Shown here: piece by piece, positions 22,281 through 31,920 of the stretch
Layout of the letters: each line of letters begins with the position of its first letter
How positions within the stretch are numbered: the stretch's first letter is position 1
Source: Cyanobacteriota bacterium
GTDB taxonomy: Bacteria > Cyanobacteriota > Cyanobacteriia > PCC-6307 > Cyanobiaceae
DNA length: 64,000 nt
Direction: 5' to 3'
Assembly (NCBI GenBank): GCA_046052125.1
Contig: JBJOMY010000001.1
Coordinates: 128,001 to 192,000 of the forward strand
The notes under the pieces: generated by a model
The model's database searches: none
What the model saw: only the letters and a program-made list of their open reading frames with translations
What the model was told of the DNA's origin: nothing
Made by a program: the position numbers and the translations under genes

Positions 22281-22379
22281 CAGCTCTACCAGCGACTGCT
22301 ACAGATCAGTGACCAGCAGGGCCGCTCCCTCTCGAATCTGGCCTGCCACTGGCTCGAGAGGCAGTCAGCCGACGGCTAA
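22281..22379 (+). pseudogene. Fragment paralogous to the small RHH-like gene at 35177-35371
   Basis: Reads QLYQRLLQISDQQGRSLSNLACHWLERQS; in-frame TGA at 22269-22271 upstream. Confidence 0.65.
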
Positions 22380-22454
22380 GCACATCCACTCTTGTGGTGG
22401 GTGTCCGGGCTGGTTTAGAGCGAACTTGGACCAGCGTTGAACCGGAGGGCTCCA

Positions 22455-22759
22455 TGAGCATCAGGGACGAACGGAGAGCCGAGCCCCGAACCGAGTTGCA
22501 TCGGCTCTGGACGGTCAGCGTTGAATCCGATCGGTTGGGCCAGCGCCGCGCTCAGGTGCTGGATTACAGCGCATCAGGGATCAAGCTCGCTCTTGATGGA
22601 GTCTGCGATCTACGCCCTGGGGCCTCGCTGGAGATTCACTACCCCGGCACGGGCTGGTCGTATCAAGCAACGATCGCCTGGACAAAGCAAGACGACACAG
22701 AGACCATCCTTGGCGCTCGGCTTTTAGAAGCGGCTTGTTCGTTGCGTCAGGCCTGTTAG
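22455..22759 (+). CDS. PilZ domain protein
   Basis: RRAEPR (RxxxR) and DYSASG (DxSxxG) motifs. Confidence 0.8.
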
Positions 22760-22833
22760 CGGCCAGCGAGGCCTGTCTTTGCTGGCGATTCGGCCAGTAC
22801 AACAGTGAATCGTTTGAACGTGGAGTGGTCTGG

Positions 22834-22863
22834 ACAGTTTCGGCCTCAACAGTTTCGGCCTCA
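22834..22863. repeat. 15-bp tandem duplication
   Basis: ACAGTTTCGGCCTCA twice. Confidence 0.9.
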
Positions 22864-23440
22864 ACCGCCGATGACTGATGGATCACTCACAATCTCGTGA
22901 ATGACGTAACTGACGTGGGCCTCTAGCAATCGGATTGAAAAGCCAGGAGCACAGAATGATGACCATTGCCTCTGAGTAGAACGTTCATTCACTTCTACGA
23001 GTCGGGGGCCACGTTTGCCGCAGCAGCAATGAAGAAGCAGATGGGCTGACCATCGGCAGGTCTGGATGGCCATGGATAGATTATCGATGGTTTACCGCAA
23101 CCCTGGGCGCCACATTGGGAAACTGCGAGTCATGTCTGCATTACTCGCCGCCTGTCGGCCCCCAGGGTCTCTGCACGGTTTGGCAAAAGAGCATGACAGC
23201 AGCAGAAGCTGCGATCCACACCTGTCCGATGTGGGAGAAGCGTCGGCGACCCACGTCAACCGATGAAGTCTTCACACGAAGAAAATGAGCCAATAGTCTG
23301 CGCATCGCAGGGCATTGGCATCATTTGCTGGTTTTTCCGTTTGGTCACCATGCGTTGTTGAATGACACCCATCCCGAACTTAAGCACGAGGCTCAGTATG
23401 GGTTCAGGTTGAAGAACTGAACGTTGCAAACACAACAACC

Positions 23441-23466
23441 AAAAACCCCCGAGCAGCGCCCGAGGG
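23441..23466 (-). terminator. Intrinsic terminator (second copy at 47095-47120)
   Basis: Minus strand CCCTCGGG-cgctg-CTCGGGGG followed by T5. Confidence 0.7.
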
Positions 23467-23873
23467 TCATGGGTCAATCACGAACACTCCAATGGCTTGT
23501 GGTCGTTGAAGCTGCTGGCGTTGGCACCTTGAGCCGAACGTTCCAGGTGTGGGTTGGTTGGTTCTCCTGGGGCACCTGAGGCGGTGCAAACGGAGTGTCG
23601 ATCAGTCAGGCGCACGAGGTGAGAACAAGCTCAAGGGCTGTTCTCTTGCCCGGCTGAACGACCCGCCCACGGTTGGGTGAAGACTGTTGGAGCAGGGGCC
23701 TGCAGTCAGCGATGCTTCTCGATCTGCTGCTCGGGTGGGGTATCAGCCATCGGTGGCGCCTCCCTGGGTTGGTGATCACAGATTCGCTCCGGCGAGCGCG
23801 CTGAGCAATCCGTTTTTTCACGCATTGCCTTGCCCGCAGAACAGGAGCAGCGTGGTTGGTTTGGCCTTGTTGT

Positions 23874-24164
23874 TCAGCGCCAAAGCACCATCCGCGGCGG
23901 CTGTGGTGGCTGCCATTGCGGGGCGCACGGTCTCCAGCCCTCAGCCCTGCATTGCCGCCACAGCTCAACGGCCTTCTCGCGGCTGAGCCGCTGGCGCCGC
24001 TTGAGTAACGGTGCTGTTTGGTCCCTCAGCCACTCACCACTGGTCACCTCCAACTCCTGCTGCGAACGCCGCCAGATCACCGGCTTGAAATGGAGCACCT
24101 TGCGGCCATCACTGAGCCAGGCTTCCGCTGGACGTGCAGATCGAGTTGTCAGCGATGCATCCAC
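23874..24164 (-). CDS. DUF1651-like protein, copy A (N-terminus differs from copy B)
   Basis: AWLSDGRKVLHFKP, PLLKRRQRLSREKAVELW, GWRPCAPQW. Confidence 0.75.
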   Translation of the reverse strand: MDASLTTRSARPAEAWLSDGRKVLHFKPVIWRRSQQELEVTSGEWLRDQTAPLLKRRQRLSREKAVELWRQCRAEGWRPCAPQWQPPQPPRMVLWR

Positions 24165-24242
24165 AGTGATCAGACCAGTGTCATCTCAGATCGACTTGAT
24201 CTCAGCCAAGGCCGAAAGTTGCGCCTGCTGCAAGCACACCAG

Positions 24243-25331
24243 CTACAGGAGCCCTGGGGGCTGGACATGAAACAGTTCAGCAGATGAGAGCGCTCCACCC
24301 GCATCTGCTCCACCAGCGATCAGAACCGTGCCGTTCTGCAACGGTGTGGCGGTGTGGCGATAGCGCGGGGTGTTCATCGACCCAACCTCCTGAAAGGTTT
24401 GGCGGGCGATGTTGTAGATCTCGGCCGAAGCAAGAGGCACCACTCCGTCATAGCCACCGGCCATCAGCATGGTGTTGCGGTTCAGGTTGGTGGCTGTATG
24501 ACGGGCTCTCGCCGCATGCATTGTGCCGGCCTTCAGAAAACGTCCGGCTCCCGTCAGCCATGACCAACCGCTGCGCACGAAGCGTTCGCTGGAACGCTGA
24601 ACATCACCAGTTGCTGTAGCAAAGCCCCCAGCCATCAAGACACTTCCATCTGGCAACAGGCTCGCTGTTGGATAGCGCCTTGGCGTTGACATCTCCGCTG
24701 CAGAGCTAAAGCTGTTCGATTTCGGGTTGAAGAGCTCGGGTGAATTGACAGCCTCACCGTTGTATCCCCCTGCTACCAGAACAGTGCCATCTCGTAGCAA
24801 TGTGGCCGTTGCGTTCCGGCGCGCCGTCTGCATCGAACCCGCCTCCACAAAACGACCGGCCTTGGGTTTGTAGATCTCTGCAGAAGCCAGGGGGGTGCCA
24901 TGGCTTGTGCCTTCATAGCCCCCAGCCACAAGCACTCGTCCATTGCCGAGCAGGGTGACGGTTGGGTTGATCCGAGCCGTGAGCAACGAACCAGTCGGTG
25001 AGAAGGTTCCGGTGATCGGGTCAAACAGCTCCACTGAGGCAAGGGCATTGCCGCTGGCGTCTTGTCCCCCCACCATCAGAATCTTCCCGTTGCGGAGCTG
25101 CGTGGCTTCCGCCGCTACACGAGCTGCGCCCATGGATCCAGTCGGGGTAAACAGACCGGTAAACGGGTCGTAAATCTCAGCCGACGCCAGCGTCGCCAGC
25201 GTTGTGTCGTAGCCCCCAGCGATCAATACATCCCCATTGGCCAGTTCAGTTGCTGTGTGCAACGATCGAGCGCTGCTCATCTCTCCAGTGGGGGTGAAAT
25301 ACCCCTTCCCCGTGGTTGCTGAAGCGGCCAT
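24243..25331 (-). CDS. Kelch-repeat beta-propeller protein
   Basis: About seven repeats of TGxMxxxRxxHTATxLxNGxVLxAGG...SAE(I/L)(Y/F). Confidence 0.92.
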   Translation of the reverse strand: MAASATTGKGYFTPTGEMSSARSLHTATELANGDVLIAGGYDTTLATLASAEIYDPFTGLFTPTGSMGAARVAAEATQLRNGKILMVGGQDASGNALASVELFDPITGTFSPTGSLLTARINPTVTLLGNGRVLVAGGYEGTSHGTPLASAEIYKPKAGRFVEAGSMQTARRNATATLLRDGTVLVAGGYNGEAVNSPELFNPKSNSFSSAAEMSTPRRYPTASLLPDGSVLMAGGFATATGDVQRSSERFVRSGWSWLTGAGRFLKAGTMHAARARHTATNLNRNTMLMAGGYDGVVPLASAEIYNIARQTFQEVGSMNTPRYRHTATPLQNGTVLIAGGADAGGALSSAELFHVQPPGLL

Positions 25332-25448
25332 AGGGGATCAAAGAAGTCGATTGCCTGTATGGGAGCAGGCCACTACGGACTCACCGTAGGTGCCTGATTT
25401 GCTCTGTCATCTGGGCGGGCTGAGTTCCTATCCCTGAATCCAGACATC

Positions 25449-25742
25449 TCAGCCCGCCTCCGGCGCCCAACCCCGCTTGCGGGCCATGTCATCAGTCCAG
25501 CCCTGACAGCGGTTCAACAGGTGATCGCCCTGGGCAATCAGTCCCTGGTGCAGCTGGCAGGTGAGCAAAGGAATGCACTGCGGCCCGGCGTGATGGCGAA
25601 ACCAGTGGCAGGTCATGCAGACCTTGCGGCTACGGCTGGGGCGCAACAGGTCGCCATCGAGATAGGGCCAGGCCTCGCAGTCGCCTGCGGCCTCATCCGC
25701 AGCCGTCATTGAGCGGGCTGACCTTGAACGGGAGAGCGCCAT
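25449..25742 (-). CDS. Small Cys/His-rich putative metal-binding protein, copy A
   Basis: CMTCHWF...C...CQLH...H...C...WAPE; near-identical paralog at 50110-50403. Confidence 0.8.
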   Translation of the reverse strand: MALSRSRSARSMTAADEAAGDCEAWPYLDGDLLRPSRSRKVCMTCHWFRHHAGPQCIPLLTCQLHQGLIAQGDHLLNRCQGWTDDMARKRGWAPEAG

Positions 25743-25759
25743 CACCAAACCCTTGCATG

Positions 25760-25774
25760 CGTACACCCGTACTA
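25760..25774. promoter_or_regulatory. Putative LexA (SOS) box
   Basis: cGTAC-ACCC-GTACTA, 17 nt upstream of the ATG at 25742; fits the cyanobacterial AGTAC-N4-GTACT consensus. Confidence 0.7.
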
Positions 25775-26126
25775 GCAGGGATTGGGTGGGTTGGCGCGGT
25801 CGCTGAGCAGCGCCTTTCACAAAAGAACCCCGGGCCATGGGCGCCCGGGGCCTTTGAGCCAGCGGGACCTTGGCTGCCCGCTTCTCCATGGTTATGGCTC
25901 ACTATTGATGCCAAGCGCAAGCGACGAGCGGTCTCGGTTGGGCGTGTTGCTGAAGGCTCCACCTCCGTTTGTTGTTGCCGGCGCTGATCGGATCGCTCCT
26001 TCGTGCAGCCATGGCTGTGGGATTCAGCTGGCTGCATGGGTTATCAGAGCTCTATCTGCAGAGGTGGCGCTGAGGCTCTCCTCCGCGAGTAGCCAGTCCT
26101 AGGTTGAATCCATTGGCAGGTCAGCG

Positions 26127-26510
26127 ATGACAAAGAAACAAACCTGGTTGGTGATTGGACTTTCAGCGGTCCTCTCAGCTGCAGCAACTCCTCTGATGGC
26201 CAGTGCCGCGCCTGGCAACCGCGTGGGCTCTTGTTCAGAAGCAACGGTGGTCGAGCGTCATTACGGCCCAACCCAGCCCTCTGGCTCCGGCGCCGCTGTG
26301 AAAGAGGTGTACCTGAGCCTCAGTGATGGGGAACATCTCGACGGTCCAGCCGAGCTGGGCACCACCGGCTTCTTCTGGGACTACACCCCGGGCAACAAGG
26401 TGGGTGTCTGTGTGGAAGCCCTCCACCCCAGCCGCCTGCGCGTCGATGACCGCATGACGGGCGCCAGTTTTGTGGCACATCCGAGCTCTGCCGCACCGGC
26501 AGGTAGCTGA
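26127..26510 (+). CDS. Hypothetical secreted protein
   Basis: N-terminal signal peptide, two Cys. Confidence 0.7.
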   Translation: MTKKQTWLVIGLSAVLSAAATPLMASAAPGNRVGSCSEATVVERHYGPTQPSGSGAAVKEVYLSLSDGEHLDGPAELGTTGFFWDYTPGNKVGVCVEALHPSRLRVDDRMTGASFVAHPSSAAPAGS

Positions 26511-26611
26511 TCCGGTCGCTGCGCCACCAGCCCAGCCTGATCTAGCGGCTGCGGACGCTAGTTCTTGACAGCTGCATCACCTGAGGGCTGCGGCGATGCT
26601 CCTGTTGCTGG

Positions 26612-27040
26612 CTACGACGCGGAGCAGCTCGCCTGCCGTGCCTTGATCAGCGCATCGGCCTGGCGAGCCAGACGGGCGCCGTCAGTGGTGAGAAAAGGAA
26701 AGCCGGCGCTGTTCCGGTAGAGCACAGGACGGGTGGCTGTGAGCTGCATCTCGGCCTGCTCGCGGCAGAGGATGTAGGCGCCGTAATCGAGCTGTTCTGG
26801 CGGCTCCGCGCTCGAGTCGTTGGTCTTGCCGTCTGCTGTGGCGAGAGCCTCCAGCCGCGGGCAGACCCTTTGGCGCTCAGCGTGCACCAAGACCAACTCA
26901 GCTGCCATGGCACGGCGCGCCAGCTGATCACGCTGCTCGTGCAGTTGCCGGCAATCCACGGCCCAGCTGGGGTCAACGAATCCAAACGCCAGTGGGAGCG
27001 CCAGCGCCCTGCGAACACATGTATACATTCGCTGTGACAT
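26612..27040 (-). CDS. Hypothetical secreted protein
   Basis: Hydrophobic N-region then DCRQLHEQRDQLAR; start uncertain. Confidence 0.55.
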   Translation of the reverse strand: MSQRMYTCVRRALALPLAFGFVDPSWAVDCRQLHEQRDQLARRAMAAELVLVHAERQRVCPRLEALATADGKTNDSSAEPPEQLDYGAYILCREQAEMQLTATRPVLYRNSAGFPFLTTDGARLARQADALIKARQASCSAS

Positions 27041-27053
27041 CAGCGATCGCTCA

Positions 27054-27245
27054 GTGGCCACCAAGCGTTGCACCTCAAGCCGGGACGGCAAGGTGTTGCT
27101 CTCCTGCTGGATCACGCCCGAGTTGCGGATGGAGCTCGATCGGGTCTGGGCAGCCAAGGGATACCGCCCCCACGGCCGAACCCAACAGGGCATGAACGAG
27201 ATGATCGCCGCCTACCTGGCGGCTCAGGCGGAGGGCTGGCGATGA
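27054..27245 (+). CDS. Small hypothetical protein coupled to the CDF transporter
   Basis: Stop overlaps the next start (ATGA). Confidence 0.55.
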   Translation: MATKRCTSSRDGKVLLSCWITPELRMELDRVWAAKGYRPHGRTQQGMNEMIAAYLAAQAEGWR

Positions 27246-28135
27246 GCGCTGGACACGACCATCACCACGGCCACGACCATGGGCAGCGCACAGCCGGTGC
27301 AGCCTTCCGCTTGAGCATCGCGCTCAACAGCGGCCTCACCGCTCTGCAGCTGGCGATTGGTTTTGGCTTTGGCTCCCTGGCCCTGATCGGGGATGCCCTC
27401 CACAACCTCGGCGATGTGATCGGCCTGGTGCTCGGCTGGGGCGCTGAACGCCTCAGCCTGCGGCCGCCAAAGGGCCGTTTCACCTATGGCTACGGGCGCA
27501 GCACCCAGATGGCCTCGCTGATCAACGGGCTGTTGATCTTCTCCGCCGGAGTTGTGGTGGTGGTGGAAGCCATTCAACGGCTTGCCAACCCCGTGCCCCT
27601 GATTGCCGGGCCTGTGGTCTGGGCTGCTGCTGCGGGCATCGTGATCAACTTGCTCTCAGCTCGGTTGTTCGGGCACGACCACCACCACGACCTGAACCAA
27701 CGGGCGGCGGTGCTGCATCTGCTCACGGATGCAGCGGTTTCGGTGGCGGTGTTAATCAGCGCAGTGGTTGTTGGCCTCACCGGCTGGCTCTGGCTCGATG
27801 CCCTCACTGCGATCGGTGTCGGCGCCGCAGTGATCTGGAGCGCAACGGGACTGCTGCGTGAGGCGATTGCGCTCAATCTCGATGCGGCACCACGCGGTGT
27901 GGATCTGGGCGCTGTTGAATCCCTGCTCCAACAACTACCTGGCGTGGCAGCTGTGGAGGAGCTGCATGTCTGGGGGATCAGTACTTCGAGAACGGCGCTG
28001 ACCGCTCACCTACAGATCAACTCGGATCAGTTGAGCAGCCATGGGTGGAGCCGGGAACAGCTGCTGACAGAGGCGAGGGAGCACCTGGCACGGCTCGGCA
28101 TTCGCAAGTGCACGATCGAGCTCACAGCGATTTGA
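27242..28135 (+). CDS. Cation diffusion facilitator (CzcD/ZitB-like)
   Basis: His-rich N-terminus, SLALIGDALHNLGD, HLLTD, LHVW. Confidence 0.93.
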   Translation: MSAGHDHHHGHDHGQRTAGAAFRLSIALNSGLTALQLAIGFGFGSLALIGDALHNLGDVIGLVLGWGAERLSLRPPKGRFTYGYGRSTQMASLINGLLIFSAGVVVVVEAIQRLANPVPLIAGPVVWAAAAGIVINLLSARLFGHDHHHDLNQRAAVLHLLTDAAVSVAVLISAVVVGLTGWLWLDALTAIGVGAAVIWSATGLLREAIALNLDAAPRGVDLGAVESLLQQLPGVAAVEELHVWGISTSRTALTAHLQINSDQLSSHGWSREQLLTEAREHLARLGIRKCTIELTAI

Positions 28136-28220
28136 GTTGCCTCCTGAATGCCCCCATTTGGGGGCATCAGTCCGGTATCCGCGGGAGGAAACTGAACCCA
28201 ACGAGAGATCGGAGGGCCCG

Positions 28221-28403
28221 ATGACGCACTCCACCAAGACCACCACGATTCCTGCTGTCGACGCCAGTGCCTGCTTGGGCCGCACCTGCCTGAAGTGGCG
28301 GGCCGATGGCGAGCTCACCGAACTCGACCTCAGCCTTGTGCTGGCACGCCTGGCTTTGGTCGATCAGCAACTAAGCGACCCAGCTCCGCAGCACTCCGCC
28401 TGA
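28221..28403 (+). CDS. Small hypothetical protein
   Basis: GGAGG RBS; ACLGRTCLKWRADGEL. Confidence 0.6.
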   Translation: MTHSTKTTTIPAVDASACLGRTCLKWRADGELTELDLSLVLARLALVDQQLSDPAPQHSA

Positions 28404-28789
28404 TTCGCGCTGATACCGGGTATCTGCAGGGTGAGTGGGACGGATCGATTGCGTCGCACACAAGTGAATGCTGAATTGGCCGAACGGATTCACCAATAAC
28501 GATTCCAGCCAGTTCTGCTCGCAGGCAGTTTCACAGGGCTGATCGCTCTGCCATCATTGCCCAGCACACAAAACAAGTTGCACGCCAGCAAGACCGAGCA
28601 AAGCGGTCATGGCAAAAAGAGAGGCCGAACGCAGCGCAGCTCGCACGTTGTCTCTCCGGAGAGCCGTTGATTGTTGATCTTGTGCCAGTACAGCGCTACC
28701 ACCAAATGGCGGCATTGACCTTGCGCGGGTGCAAGCTGGGGTCCACCGCAAGAGCCAGAAGTGCCTGGAAGCAGATTTACGACAGATGC

Positions 28790-29060
28790 TCAGCTAATAA
28801 ATGACCGAGGCCAAAACCGACGCTTCAGCGGGCACAGTCCGATACATTCCCCAGCATCTGGATCGACATGGTCGATCGCCAGCTTGGCCTGAGCTGTTGT
28901 AACGCCGGGGAAGATCTCCACAAATTCATGCGATGAAATGCTGCCCCGGAGGTTCTCAAACAGCGCCGTTTCCGGAACACGCGTGTCGCGGAACAGCCAA
29001 ACGCCGCTGAGGCGCTTGGGATCTCGTTCGACAGCAGGCCAATCAACCCAGTTGATCGAG
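28790..29060 (-). pseudogene. Degenerate DUF433 antitoxin gene
   Basis: Reads WVDWPAVERDPKRLSGVWLFRDTRVPETALFENL...EIFPGV, paralogous to 31636-31875; no start codon, no partner toxin. Confidence 0.7.
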
Positions 29061-29083
29061 GTTGAGCAACCGTTGCTGGGTTT

Positions 29084-29482
29084 TCAGGCCCAGTTTTCAT
29101 AGAGCAAACCATCGACCCGCTCAAATTCCCGCAGGTTGTTGCTGACCAGAGTGAGCCCTTCACTGCGCGCCTGGGCAGCGATGTGCAGGTCATTCACACC
29201 AATCGGTGTTCGGCGTCGCTTGAGGGCACTGAGGATCTGCCCGTAATGCTGAGCTGCTTTGGCTCCATAATCGAGCACATCGAGCCGGCTGCAGAAATCC
29301 TCCACAACAGAAAGTGTGCGTTGTGGTTGCGAACATTTCTCAGCCCCGTGCAGTAGTTCTCCCAATGTGATGGCAGAGATCGCGAGGTGAGAGGCATTCT
29401 CGTTGAAGCGATCCAGGAGTGCCTCAGGCCTGCGCTTAATCACGTCAATGTAGATATTGGTATCCAGCAGATAACTCAACAT
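29084..29482 (-). CDS. vapC: PIN-domain toxin VapC
   Basis: YLLDTN, ELLHG, IGVNDLHIAA, VSNNLREF. Confidence 0.9.
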   Translation of the reverse strand: MLSYLLDTNIYIDVIKRRPEALLDRFNENASHLAISAITLGELLHGAEKCSQPQRTLSVVEDFCSRLDVLDYGAKAAQHYGQILSALKRRRTPIGVNDLHIAAQARSEGLTLVSNNLREFERVDGLLYENWA

Positions 29483-29490
29483 CACTACAC

Positions 29491-29727
29491 TCAGAACGAT
29501 TCGCGCTCGGGCTGCTCCTGGCTGGATCGTTCGACCATGAAGTCATCTGGTACCGCCGGGCTGTCATGGAAAAAGCTGTCCCAGCGTTGGCCAACGGAAG
29601 AGATGATCCGCTCCTGGCCGCAGGCACGCACCTCAACAGATTTGACGGAATCAGGTAGGCGCAGGTGAGCAGGGATCCGTACCGCCTGGCTGCGATTGCT
29701 CAGAAACAGCTTGGTGAAGCTGGGCAC
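29491..29727 (-). CDS. vapB: AbrB-type antitoxin VapB
   Basis: KLFLSNRSQAVRIP, WDSFF, ERESF. Confidence 0.9.
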   Translation of the reverse strand: MPSFTKLFLSNRSQAVRIPAHLRLPDSVKSVEVRACGQERIISSVGQRWDSFFHDSPAVPDDFMVERSSQEQPERESF

Positions 29728-29988
29728 AGCAAACCCCTCAAGGGATATACCGGCCGTCTATCCCGCTCAGGTGCGAACGGCTCGTGCCTCCAGTGCATCG
29801 AGATCATCAGCTTTCAGCAGTGGGCACGCTGGGAGGGTCCACGCCGCTTCCATGGCACGCGCCGCCGCGGCTGTGTGGTGAGCCGAGCGCTAGTGCGGAC
29901 CATCAGGGGAGGGGATCGAGGCCGGCGGGTGTGAGCGGATCTCCAGAGGGATGACGACAGTGCAGCCAGAAGCCGCGATGATGGGCAG

Positions 29989-30228
29989 ATGGTTCCGGCA
30001 TCGCCACCAACTCTGGACGAGCTTCGCCGGTTGGCTCCGGCGCTGCACAGCCTCACGGCGGCTCATGGTGCCCTAGAGCTGCAGGTGTTCGGCTCAGTGG
30101 TCTGGGGTTCCGCGCGGCCGGGCAGTGACCTGGATCTGCTGAGCGTTCCCGTAGACCTGCTGACCCGCCGAGGTCTGCGGGCTGAGCTGCGTCAACGGAT
30201 TGAAGAGGAGGCCATCCCTCTTGCATGA
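29989..30228 (+). pseudogene. Minimal nucleotidyltransferase (MNT antitoxin-like), apparently internally shortened
   Basis: VFGS...SDLDLL joins directly to VPVDL; no HEPN partner seen. Confidence 0.6.
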
Positions 30229-30289
30229 GCACCTGCTTGGTGCGGCACCAACGGTAGGATTTCGTGCAGAGAGAATTCGATGTACAGCC

Positions 30290-30571
30290 ATGGCTGCAGC
30301 GGTCCATCCACCTGCTCTCAAGCTTGTTGGCAGCAACGGGCAGATCTCACTGGGTAAGCAATACGCCGGCCGCCACGTGCTGGTGGAAGAGAGCGAGCCG
30401 GGTGTCTGGATTGTGCGCACCGCCACCGTGATTCCCGACAATGAGCGCTGGCTCCATGAACCAGGAGCAGCCGCAGACCTTCAGGCTGCGATGAGCTGGT
30501 CTGCAAGCCATCCACCCACCGATGCCGAGGTTGTAGACACCCTCAAGCGCCTGGGTGATGACGCAGCCTGA
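30290..30571 (+). CDS. Putative antitoxin (AbrB-like N-terminus)
   Basis: KLVGSNGQISLGK; overlaps the downstream small gene. Confidence 0.65.
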   Translation: MAAAVHPPALKLVGSNGQISLGKQYAGRHVLVEESEPGVWIVRTATVIPDNERWLHEPGAAADLQAAMSWSASHPPTDAEVVDTLKRLGDDAA

Positions 30572-30878
30572 GCCAACGATCAGGTTGGATCTGAACAACC
30601 CGGTGTTTCAGGAGCAATTGCTGACGCTGCAGAAGCCTGAGCGCCATGCAGCACTCGACACCCTCAACAAAATCCGGCAGCTGACCTGGAATCAGCTCTA
30701 CCGAGATCCAGGGCTCAAGTGGGAAAAGATCACGAGCGTCAGACCGCCCGTTGGGATCGACGCTGTGTATTCCCTGAGGATCAGCCGATCACGTCGCGCT
30801 ACGGCCCACCGTGATGGCGAGTTCATGCGGTTGCTGACCATCGCACCGGATCACGACGCTACCTACGGGAAGAAATAA
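30558..30878 (+). CDS. Putative RelE/ParE-like toxin
   Basis: GLKWEKI, YSLRISRSRRA, C-terminal HDATY; TA-like overlapping pair. Confidence 0.6.
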   Translation: MTQPEPTIRLDLNNPVFQEQLLTLQKPERHAALDTLNKIRQLTWNQLYRDPGLKWEKITSVRPPVGIDAVYSLRISRSRRATAHRDGEFMRLLTIAPDHDATYGKK

Positions 30879-30945
30879 GCGCACCACCAGGTGTTACATC
30901 AGCACCCCGCCAGAAGCACCCCACCAGCTCAAGACGCACCGCAAG

Positions 30946-31266
30946 ATGTGCCGCGCCGGGCACCTCCAGGATCGCCCCTTGACTGGCGGATATGGCTACT
31001 CATGTTTGGGATATGGCCCCGAGGATCCCGTTGGTCTGGTGGAGTCCTGCTAGGGGGCTGCGGAGTGGATCCTTGCCACCCACGCCGCCAAGGGTGTCTT
31101 AATCCCGAGGCCTTGGATCGATCACCCCTATGGGGAGGAAGAGATCACCCTGCTCGAGGAGGAGCTGTTGCCAGCGATGGCGGTGTTCCTCGCCCGGGTT
31201 GATGCGATTGATCGGGCGATTGAGGCCGATCAGGAGCTGGAGGTGGCTGCCCATCAGGTCCGCTGA
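30946..31266 (+). pseudogene. Hypothetical gene with one premature stop
   Basis: Frame MCRAGH...VESC*GAAEWIL...HQVR* broken only by TAG at 31051-31053. Confidence 0.5.
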
Positions 31267-31315
31267 GGGCCAGGCCGGCGCTGGCCGGCCTTTTCTGCTG
31301 CTCCCGTTGGGCGCG

Positions 31316-31636
31316 TTAGGGAATACGGAGCTCGCAGTAATCCCCGGGCGCCAGATCAGCCACCACATCCACCACCTGATCGGCTGCTGCTTTGATCCGC
31401 GGCCAGCTGGTGGTGGAGAGCACCAGGATTGCGATGGTGCGGGATTGCAGATTCTGCTGATAGCGCAGGTTGGTGTCGGTGGTGATCAGCAGTTCGTAGC
31501 CCTGTTGCTCAGCCAGGCGAATCAGATCGCCGTTGGTCACGGTTGACCAGCCCTGCTCGTAAGCGGTGCTGACCTGATGGGCACTCAGCCATCGCCGCAG
31601 AGGAGCTGGTGTCCCCTGATCAAACAGGATGCGCAC
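31316..31636 (-). CDS. DUF5615 PIN-like toxin (VapC45-like)
   Basis: VRILFDQG, GWSTVTNGDL, LITTDTNLRYQQN. Confidence 0.85.
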   Translation of the reverse strand: MRILFDQGTPAPLRRWLSAHQVSTAYEQGWSTVTNGDLIRLAEQQGYELLITTDTNLRYQQNLQSRTIAILVLSTTSWPRIKAAADQVVDVVADLAPGDYCELRIP

Positions 31637-31875
31637 TACGCCAGGGCCACGGCCGTACTTCTGGCGGCGTGCTCGAGCACTTGGCGAGCCTGTGCTGCGC
31701 TCACCCCAGGGAAGAGTTCTACGAACTCCACCAGGGAAACGCCGTCCTCCAGGTTCTCGAACAGCGCCGCCACGGGAATCCGGGTGCCGCGGAACACCCA
31801 GGCGCCGCTGACGCGCTGCGGATCTTGTTCCACAGCCGGGCAATCGGCCCAATCCAGATGGCTTGGTGTCGGCAT
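31636..31875 (-). CDS. DUF433 antitoxin
   Basis: DPQRVSGAWVFRGTRIPV, EFVELFPGV. Confidence 0.88.
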   Translation of the reverse strand: MPTPSHLDWADCPAVEQDPQRVSGAWVFRGTRIPVAALFENLEDGVSLVEFVELFPGVSAAQARQVLEHAARSTAVALA

Positions 31876-31920
31876 GGCAGAAACCCTGTCGCCATGCCAA
31901 CAGTAGGCAGATTCCATGGA

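Larger units (their letters stand above)
23437..25890. repeat. Copy A of a duplicated module (blocks 23437-23530, 23595-24123, 25449-25890)
   Basis: Aligns by eye, same orientation, to 47091-47175, 49518-50046 and 50110-50550. Confidence 0.92.

Noticed and set aside
23687..23986. 99-aa plus-strand ORF conserved in both module copies
   Set aside because: Partly antisense to DUF1651; its conservation is explained by the DNA duplication.
28688..28701. Additional LexA box AGTAC-AGCG-CTACC
   Set aside because: Mismatch in the core half-site and no credible downstream gene.
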